DNA of 39,224 nt, from NCBI GenBank assembly GCA_016287565.1, contig JAEFAM010000019.1, positions 1-39,224 of the forward strand, given 5' to 3'. Made by a program: the position numbers and the translations under genes. Positions 33,220 to 39,224 of this stretch are shown one piece after another. Each line of letters begins with the position of its first letter. Position 1 is the stretch's first letter. The DNA is from Clostridia bacterium (GTDB lineage: Bacteria > Bacillota > Clostridia > UBA1212 > UBA1255). The notes under the pieces were generated by a model that saw only the letters and a list, made by a program, of their open reading frames with translations, made no database searches and was not told the origin of the DNA.

Positions 33220-35721
33220 TTAACCGTTGACCACGAGATAACTCATAGCCTTGACTACGCTTCCGCCGGGCAGCGTGTAGTCCGAATCCGTATAGTTTAC
33301 GTAAACTCTGGCGCCGCCGGAATATTCAGTGCAGAACACTTCGGTATACGCCTGAAGCCTGTAATGGTTGGTGATGAACTGAGTCGAGAACGGCTTGACG
33401 GCTTCCGTCACCGCTTTGTACGACTCGACCATCTCGTCCTTCAGAAGGCTGAACTGGCCTTTGTAGAGGAACTTGTAGCGGGTGTACATCAGCAGGTTGA
33501 TCTCGTTCTCGGTGACTTCGTAGGATACGTTGGCGCCGTACTCGATGGCCTTAAGGAGCGCGTAGTCCGGCCTGTCCTGCATGTTGATGGGACTGGTGTA
33601 GTATTCCACGTAGCCGTGGTACACGATCTGTACGAAGGGCACCTGCTCGTCGAATATGATCCTGGACGACTTGTTCATCGGGATCTCGTCAACGGTATCG
33701 GCGAACGCCACGGCGTAGTCGTTGCCGTAGTACACCGATACGTGCTCGAAGTTTTCCTTGTACTTCTTGAGCCATTCTACGTACATCGACTGGGACTGGG
33801 ATCTCGTGAGAGCGTTCTTCTCGTTGTAGTCGGTGTACAGCGTGTCGCCCAGCTGCTGGAGCACGACTTCGGTGGCGCCGTAGCTCTTAAGGTTCTTGAT
33901 CTGCTTGTTGATGAGCTTGTTGTTGAAGTACTTGGGGCTCATATAGTATCCGTATCTCATGAGTCGTCCGTACGTCATATTCATATAGTAGTCAAGGTAG
34001 AAGGTGCTGGGCTTTTTGACCACGGCGGTACGGAGCGTTGCGCCGGAAGCAGGGTTACCGTAGATGTACAGCAGGTTGTTGTCCAGCGCCAGAGTGAGGT
34101 CTTTCTGCCGGGCCCAGCTGTTCAGGGACTTCAGGCCTTTCTTTCCGCCGAAGTCGGAATCCACGCTGTTCTTCTTCGTGGAGTTCCAGTAATAACCGTG
34201 ATTCATCCATCCCACGAGCGTGAGCCTCAGGTCGGTGACGCCGGACTCTTCCAGCTCTTCGCCGATGGACTTCACGTCACTGAACGTGGTCATCACCTTC
34301 ATCTGGTTCAGCACGCCTCCGGAGTACGTTTCCGCGCCCATAAAGAAGCGGATGTTCATGGGAGACTCCCCTTCCGTGAGAACGGCTTTCTGAACGCCCC
34401 ACTGAGTTTCCCACTTTTTGAGCAGCAGGTCTCTCGTCTTGAGCGCCACGTCTACGTAAGTGAACGCAGTGTCGTCTTCATTCTCGGCGGCAAACTCCGG
34501 CTTGGAGTCGAAGTACGTCTTCTGGACCGCGTCGCCTATCTGCTGATGCTTGATGACCATCTCGTACTGAACGCCGCCCTTGTTCATCTGCCTGCGGTAG
34601 AAGTAGCGGTAGGTGAACTCGAAATAGATCGAATAGAAAGGAAGGCTCCTGACGCCGGGGTTGCCGATCTTGAGCTCGGCGTTGGTCTCGCCGGTGTCTA
34701 TGAAGGACGTCAGCATATATTCGTTGTCAACGATGCCGTACGCTCCCATCGTAAGCTTTTCGTTACTGTAGTCGGGAGAATCCAGCACGTCGAAGGTGGC
34801 GTCGATACCGTATATCTTCTTGGAATATTCGTTGTAGTTGGATACGCGGGCAACGTCGAAATACGTGAGCGCGCCGGATCCGTCGGGGCTGACGAAGTAG
34901 CCGGTCTCGCCGTCTCTGTGGGCGCCGAGGTAAGGCAGCACGGACAGAGCGCAGAGGAACGGACGTCTGTCGTCTTCCTCCCACTCCAGCGTCTCTCTCT
35001 CGTCAATGGCGTTGAACGGGATCTTGTAAACGAGGGCGTTGTCCTCGATGGTGATCTCCACCGTGAAGCTCAGGTCGAGGTCGCCAACGTCGTACACCAG
35101 CTGCACGCCGTTGTCGATGAAGTAGACCGTCTTCGTGAGTTCGGTCATCTGGTTGATGCCCTTGGTGAAACCGCCTTCGAGACCGGATTTAGTGTATTCG
35201 ATGAAAACGGGAGAAGTGAGTATCTGGCCGGTCTCGGAGCTCTTTCTGTAAAGGGAAAGGTCCGAAGCCAGCTCGTTCCCGTTCTCGTCTACCGCGCCGT
35301 CGTAAATAGGCTCGGGATAGCTTCTGAACACGCGTCCGGTGGAAAGGTCCTGGATGATGAACAGGTCGTCCCTGGGAGAGTAGCCCAGGCGGAGCTTTCC
35401 GTTGTCGGCGAATATTGTCATACCTGCGTCGGAGAGCAGCTGTCCGTTGATGCCTTTCGTCTTGTCGACGGGAGCGGCGTCCGATTTAGAGAACGACGAA
35501 GTGTCAAACTTGATGTTCTTGTCGTTGCCGAAGGCGGCTTTTACCAGCACGAAGACGACGATCAGAACGATCAACAAAGGTATGACGATCTTCAGCACAG
35601 TGCGCCAGGAAAACTTCTTATCCACCTTGTCGAACTTGCGCTGCAGCTTTCTTGCGGCCTTTTCTTCCGCAGTTTCGGGTACAGCCGCCGCTTTGACCTT
35701 TTTCTCTTTCTTATCAGACAA
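33220..35721 (-). CDS. 833-aa N-terminally membrane-anchored protein with a large extracytoplasmic domain of unknown function (possibly DUF5696-like)
   Basis: The N-terminus is basic (KKEKKVKAAAV...KFDKVDKK), then one TM (IVIPLLIVLIVVFVLV), then ~770 aa of mixed alpha/beta ectodomain rich in Tyr/Asn/Asp. I cannot place a catalytic motif. The gene is embedded between two ABC permease pairs. Confidence 0.5.
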   Translation of the reverse strand: MSDKKEKKVKAAAVPETAEEKAARKLQRKFDKVDKKFSWRTVLKIVIPLLIVLIVVFVLVKAAFGNDKNIKFDTSSFSKSDAAPVDKTKGINGQLLSDAGMTIFADNGKLRLGYSPRDDLFIIQDLSTGRVFRSYPEPIYDGAVDENGNELASDLSLYRKSSETGQILTSPVFIEYTKSGLEGGFTKGINQMTELTKTVYFIDNGVQLVYDVGDLDLSFTVEITIEDNALVYKIPFNAIDERETLEWEEDDRRPFLCALSVLPYLGAHRDGETGYFVSPDGSGALTYFDVARVSNYNEYSKKIYGIDATFDVLDSPDYSNEKLTMGAYGIVDNEYMLTSFIDTGETNAELKIGNPGVRSLPFYSIYFEFTYRYFYRRQMNKGGVQYEMVIKHQQIGDAVQKTYFDSKPEFAAENEDDTAFTYVDVALKTRDLLLKKWETQWGVQKAVLTEGESPMNIRFFMGAETYSGGVLNQMKVMTTFSDVKSIGEELEESGVTDLRLTLVGWMNHGYYWNSTKKNSVDSDFGGKKGLKSLNSWARQKDLTLALDNNLLYIYGNPASGATLRTAVVKKPSTFYLDYYMNMTYGRLMRYGYYMSPKYFNNKLINKQIKNLKSYGATEVVLQQLGDTLYTDYNEKNALTRSQSQSMYVEWLKKYKENFEHVSVYYGNDYAVAFADTVDEIPMNKSSRIIFDEQVPFVQIVYHGYVEYYTSPINMQDRPDYALLKAIEYGANVSYEVTENEINLLMYTRYKFLYKGQFSLLKDEMVESYKAVTEAVKPFSTQFITNHYRLQAYTEVFCTEYSGGARVYVNYTDSDYTLPGGSVVKAMSYLVVNG

Positions 35722-37825
35722 GGTAACTCAACTCCTTTCCGAACTGCGTAATGAAGTCGAACAGCTGATTTGCCAGACCGTAAACGATCATGAACAGCAG
35801 CACGACCAGTGCCACGCCTACCAGAGTGATGAACGTGACTATTACCGCCTTTACGGGGTGGAAGCCGTGGATCGACTTGATGCACAGGTAGACAAGCAGT
35901 CCTACCCATACGTAGATCAGCGTGTGGATCAGGTTGTACAGCGACATCTCGTCGTTGGTGAGGACGTTGGTGAGAAGCGCCAGAGGAAGGGAGAACAGCA
36001 CCAGCGGAATGTGGCAGTAGGCGCCGCCGATGAACACGTCTCTTACGCGGCCTTCACCGTACATTATGGTGGTCACGCCGTAGTTGACGGTGCACACCAC
36101 GAGCCAGGGAAGCAGCGCGGTCAGGATGATCTGCATGGGCCTGATGAACTCTCTCGGAGTACCTCCCCTGTAGATGAAGCCGACGGCGTATTCGGAAGCC
36201 ACCGCGATGATCACCCAGAGCACCATTATTATGATCATATCGGCGTAGGAGCCTTTATTCTCGTAACGGATGCCCTCGAAGGAATCGATGGGATGGGCGA
36301 GCACGTTCTTGATGCGGCCCCAGAAATCCTTGACCGGAGTCAGGAAATTCTTCTTCTCCGGTGGCGGACCGTACTTTCTCCTTCTGGCCTGCTTGATGCT
36401 TATCCAGACGATCCAGAGGACGACCACGCCTACCAGCACCGACGCTATGATCGGGAAGTTCTGGCGCAGGAATTCCGCGCGGATCTCTTTATACGCCTGG
36501 GATGCCAGGGCGGCGTCCTCGGCCTCGTAGAAGTACTCTATAGCCTCTTTATATTCCTCTTCCCTCATATGGATGGTACCCATGTTCTTAAGGGCGAGGT
36601 TGTAGTAGCTGTCTCTGTCCAGAACGGTCTGCCACAGCGGGAAGGCGTCCTGGTATTTGCCACGGGCGTACATCTCGTTTGCCGCGTGGATCTGGTCTGC
36701 GAACTCTGTGGTCTGGAACACGGTGATGGTTCCGGAACCTTTGTTCAGCACGTACACGCGGCCCTGGCTGTCCACTTCGAGGCCGGCGGGAAGCGAGAGC
36801 TGTCCGTAGCCGGTGCCGTTGGTGGAGAAGGCGAAGAGGTTGATGCCGTTCTGGTCGTATTCGTAGATACGGCCGTACTGCTGGTCCACGATCAGCATGT
36901 TGTTCAGGTTGTCAACGGACACGTCGCAAAAGTTCTGGGCCGTGGAGGCGCCGTAGGACGTGGAGATGTACATGTCGCGGAAATCGTATCCCGAGTACAC
37001 GACGTCGGAACCGCCGGCGTTGATCTTACGCACCTGAGGCGGCGTTGCCGTAGTTGTGGTTGCGTAGATGTAGCCGTCGGAGCTGGCGTAGATGTTGTTG
37101 AAGGAGTAAGGCAGCGTAACGACGGTTCCCAGGCGGTCTTCCCTGTCCCAGAGAAGCCTGGCAACGGATTCCCAGAAAGTCAGGGAGACTTTGTTGGCGC
37201 CGAAGTACTGCCTGAACGTTCCGTCTCCGTCAAGCATCAGTATACCGTTGGAGTCGGAGGAGTTGGCAACGTAGATATATCCTCTCGTGTCCTTCGTGAC
37301 TTTCAGCGGCATGTAGTTGAATTCCGAAGAAAGGATCGAGCTGGAAGGAGGCGCGTAGGAATATTTGAAGTAGCCGTACTTGGTGAACTCCACCAGCCTG
37401 TTGTTGCCCGTGTCGGCCACGAGGATCGTGCCGTCGGCGTCGACGTAGATGCCCTTGGGAGTCTTGAGGCCCGACATATCTCCGGAGGCGTAGGTGGCGT
37501 CGCCCTTAATGATGTTCTTAAGGGTGTAGTTGCCGTTCTCGTCCATGGGATTGATGATGACGATGCGGTCATTGGCCGTGTCGGCCACGTAGATCACGTC
37601 GTTGTCGTCAATGAATATGTCCTCGGGGCTGGCCAGGCGGCCTTCTTCAGTGGTCTTGAAGTCTATGACCGTCACGACCTCGTAAGGCGCGGGGATAGAA
37701 TATGCGCCGTTGTCGCCCAGGTAGTAGCTGGCATAGGGTTCCTTCGCGTCGGCCGTGAAGCCGCAGGAAAGCACCAGGCTCGCCAGCATCGTCAGGATCA
37801 GCAGTTTTAAAAGTTTTCGCTTCAT
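35714..37825 (-). CDS. Fusion protein: signal peptide, NHL-repeat beta-propeller, TPR-like helical segment, then a C-terminal Yip1-like polytopic membrane domain
   Basis: 703 aa. N-terminus: MKRKLLKLLILTMLASLVLSCGF. Six NHL-type repeats (VIYVADTANDRIVIINP, GIYVDADGTILVADTGNNRLVEF, GYIYVANSSDSNGILMLDGDG, GRVYVLNKGSGTITVF...). The C-terminal ~260 aa have 6 TM helices with a Yip1-family-like pattern. Confidence 0.6.
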   Translation of the reverse strand: MKRKLLKLLILTMLASLVLSCGFTADAKEPYASYYLGDNGAYSIPAPYEVVTVIDFKTTEEGRLASPEDIFIDDNDVIYVADTANDRIVIINPMDENGNYTLKNIIKGDATYASGDMSGLKTPKGIYVDADGTILVADTGNNRLVEFTKYGYFKYSYAPPSSSILSSEFNYMPLKVTKDTRGYIYVANSSDSNGILMLDGDGTFRQYFGANKVSLTFWESVARLLWDREDRLGTVVTLPYSFNNIYASSDGYIYATTTTATPPQVRKINAGGSDVVYSGYDFRDMYISTSYGASTAQNFCDVSVDNLNNMLIVDQQYGRIYEYDQNGINLFAFSTNGTGYGQLSLPAGLEVDSQGRVYVLNKGSGTITVFQTTEFADQIHAANEMYARGKYQDAFPLWQTVLDRDSYYNLALKNMGTIHMREEEYKEAIEYFYEAEDAALASQAYKEIRAEFLRQNFPIIASVLVGVVVLWIVWISIKQARRRKYGPPPEKKNFLTPVKDFWGRIKNVLAHPIDSFEGIRYENKGSYADMIIIMVLWVIIAVASEYAVGFIYRGGTPREFIRPMQIILTALLPWLVVCTVNYGVTTIMYGEGRVRDVFIGGAYCHIPLVLFSLPLALLTNVLTNDEMSLYNLIHTLIYVWVGLLVYLCIKSIHGFHPVKAVIVTFITLVGVALVVLLFMIVYGLANQLFDFITQFGKELSYLV

Positions 37826-37836
37826 TGTCCGCCTCC

Positions 37837-38715
37837 TTATTTAATACCCGAGTGTGCCATCGTATCCATGACCCGGCTCTGCTGGATCACGAATATGATG
37901 ATGCTGGGGAATGTCATTATAAGAGCCGTAACGCCTGCCACACCCTGACGGGCGATGCCGCCGCCGATGGTGGACATGAAGAATCCCAGCGAACGGAGCT
38001 GCTCTTTATAAATGTACGTGGTGGAGGTTCCGGACTCGTTCCAGATACCGCCGAAGCACAGGATTATGATGGTGGCCTGGGCGTTCTTCAGAAGCGGCAG
38101 CGCTATCTTCTGGTACAGCTGCCATTCGGAGGCGCCGTCGATCTTGCCCGCTTCGAATATCTCGTTGGGCACCTGGTCCATGAACTGCTTCATAAGGAAC
38201 AGTGCCGTGGAGTTGGCCAGGCCGGGTATCACGAACACGAGGTACGTATTGTCCAGGTGCAGGCCGGTGATGATCAGGTACAGAGGGATTCCGGCCGCAG
38301 ACGCGATGAACATCAGCGAGAAGGTGACCATCTTGAACAGGAAGTTCTTGCCCGGGAACGTGTGCTTGGACAGCGGATAGCAGGCCATCGTATTGACCCA
38401 TACCAGGAAGAACAGGTACGCCACGGTTATCAGCACCGTATTGAACAGGTAACGGGTGAAGGGCACCAGGCTGTTCGCGGTGACCTGGGACAGCATCTTG
38501 AAGTTGTCGAAGGTCGGATTGCTTACGAAGAAGCGCGGAGGATAAAGGAACAGTTCCTCGGGAGGCTTGAACGCCGTACACACCAGATAAACCAGAGGCA
38601 GCATCGAAACAAGACCTGCGAGAGTCAGCAGCACGACGATAACCCGTCCGCCGTAGTCCGTACGTTTTTTCGCTCTCTTTAAATAATCAACGTCAACTTG
38701 ATCTACTCTCAGCAT
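37837..38715 (-). CDS. Carbohydrate ABC transporter permease (MalG type), second copy
   Basis: It carries the EAA loop AGKIDGASEWQLYQKIALP. The track start at 38724 is a GTG. The ATG at 38715 has an AAGGGGTGAG RBS. Confidence 0.8.
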   Translation of the reverse strand: MLRVDQVDVDYLKRAKKRTDYGGRVIVVLLTLAGLVSMLPLVYLVCTAFKPPEELFLYPPRFFVSNPTFDNFKMLSQVTANSLVPFTRYLFNTVLITVAYLFFLVWVNTMACYPLSKHTFPGKNFLFKMVTFSLMFIASAAGIPLYLIITGLHLDNTYLVFVIPGLANSTALFLMKQFMDQVPNEIFEAGKIDGASEWQLYQKIALPLLKNAQATIIILCFGGIWNESGTSTTYIYKEQLRSLGFFMSTIGGGIARQGVAGVTALIMTFPSIIIFVIQQSRVMDTMAHSGIK

Positions 38716-38720
38716 GTGTC

Positions 38721-39224
38721 TCACCCCTTATCAGAAAGAATCTTGAATGCGGCACGGCCGAGTCCGAAGATCAGCAGTGAAAGCACTACGGCGATCGCGG
38801 ACGCATAACCAACCTCAAACCTGGTGCCGGAGTAGTCGCTCAGGTGGAGCATTACCGTAAGACCGGCGTCTTCGGGCGTGGGGTGGCCGGCAAGCGTCGC
38901 GCCTACCGAAAGCGAACCGGTGATCTGAAGGACCGCGGCGAACAGCAGCTGCGGCATCGTCTGCGGGATGTCAACATACAGCAGTCTCTGGAACCTTGAC
39001 GTTACGCCGTCAACGGCGGCCGCGTCGTACAGTTCCTTGTCGACGTTGGTGAAGCCCGCGACGAACGACAGGAAGCCGGTGCCCAGCGATGACCACAGCG
39101 CGACGATAATACCTACCGGCATTATCCATTTGACGTCCTGCAGCCACTGCACCGGGTCTGAAATAATGTTCAGTTTCAGCAGCAGCGAGTTCAGGTAACC
39201 GGTGCTGTCGTTGGAGAACATGAC
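38721..39224 (-). CDS. Carbohydrate ABC transporter permease (MalF type), second copy; partial, as the N-terminus lies beyond the window end
   Basis: It carries the EAA loop AAAVDGVTSRFQRLLYVDIP. The reading frame stays open to position 39224 (...VMFSND...), so the track's M is internal. Confidence 0.75.
   Translation of the reverse strand, partial: VMFSNDSTGYLNSLLLKLNIISDPVQWLQDVKWIMPVGIIVALWSSLGTGFLSFVAGFTNVDKELYDAAAVDGVTSRFQRLLYVDIPQTMPQLLFAAVLQITGSLSVGATLAGHPTPEDAGLTVMLHLSDYSGTRFEVGYASAIAVVLSLLIFGLGRAAFKILSDKG

Noticed and set aside
32968-35751. 927-aa plus-strand ORF, and other plus-strand ORFs of 300-800 aa (701-1975, 7122-8519, 18669-19997, 21493-22818, 28385-29818, 29799-31319, 35402-37810)
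   Set aside because: They are all antisense to minus-strand genes with clear homology. Their translations are low-complexity (Arg/Gly/Val/His-rich), lack RBS or start context and show no family resemblance. They are typical high-GC shadow ORFs.
1-39224. Prophage, integrative element or defence island
   Set aside because: There are no integrase, transposase, recombinase, restriction-modification, toxin-antitoxin or phage structural genes. tRNA flanks are intact, with no direct-repeat att sites. Gene content is metabolic and housekeeping throughout.

Overview
This 39.2 kb window is high-GC Firmicutes/Clostridia-like chromosome. The assignment rests on GGAGG-type ribosome-binding sites (RBS), rubrerythrin, YhaM and the ylqF(rbgA)-rnhB synteny, and an Oscillospiraceae/Ruminococcaceae-type genome is a guess. 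Coding is almost entirely on the minus strand: 30 of 31 genes, with a single plus-strand gene at 14039-15193. There are no CRISPR arrays, transposases, integrases or phage genes.

Content read on the minus strand from right to left:
- 39224-28412: a carbohydrate ABC-importer locus. It has two MalF/MalG-type permease pairs, no ATPase gene, and two tandem lipoprotein substrate-binding proteins (SBPs). Between the permease pairs sit two large accessory ectodomain membrane proteins: a fusion of a signal peptide, an NHL beta-propeller and a Yip1-like polytopic membrane domain, and an 833-aa N-terminally anchored protein of unknown function.
- 28298-26169: a 709-aa cytoplasmic protein of unknown function with an (alpha/alpha)6-like C-terminus.
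- 26147-19929: metA, a 588-aa membrane-anchored protein, an LRR lipoprotein, rbgA, rnhB and engB.
- 19775-16146: a PLP decarboxylase (LysA family), an XRE-cupin (PuuR-like) regulator and an acyl-CoA synthetase.
- 16080-8651: a YgjV-like membrane protein, tRNA-Pro(GGG), the plus-strand P-loop-kinase/HD-phosphohydrolase fusion, a YwaF-like membrane protein plus a 913-aa secreted TIM-barrel-like enzyme, tRNA-Arg(CCT), yhaM and rubrerythrin.
- 8537-4725: an SPFH protein with three C-terminal zinc ribbons, pepT and a DMT-type transporter.
- 4673-743: the most unusual unit, a tightly overlapped four-gene operon. It encodes TrmO, a 243-aa repeat-containing zinc-ribbon protein, a radical-SAM/SPASM maturase and a CapA-family metallophosphatase lipoprotein. 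An extended -10 promoter and an intrinsic terminator delimit it.
- 622-1: the N-terminal part of a 2-oxoacid-dehydrogenase-E2-like acyltransferase.

Several near-consensus sigma-A promoters and clean rho-independent terminators are visible around the two tRNA genes and the SBP genes. Coordinates I derived myself (tRNAs, promoters, terminators) may be off by 1-2 nt.
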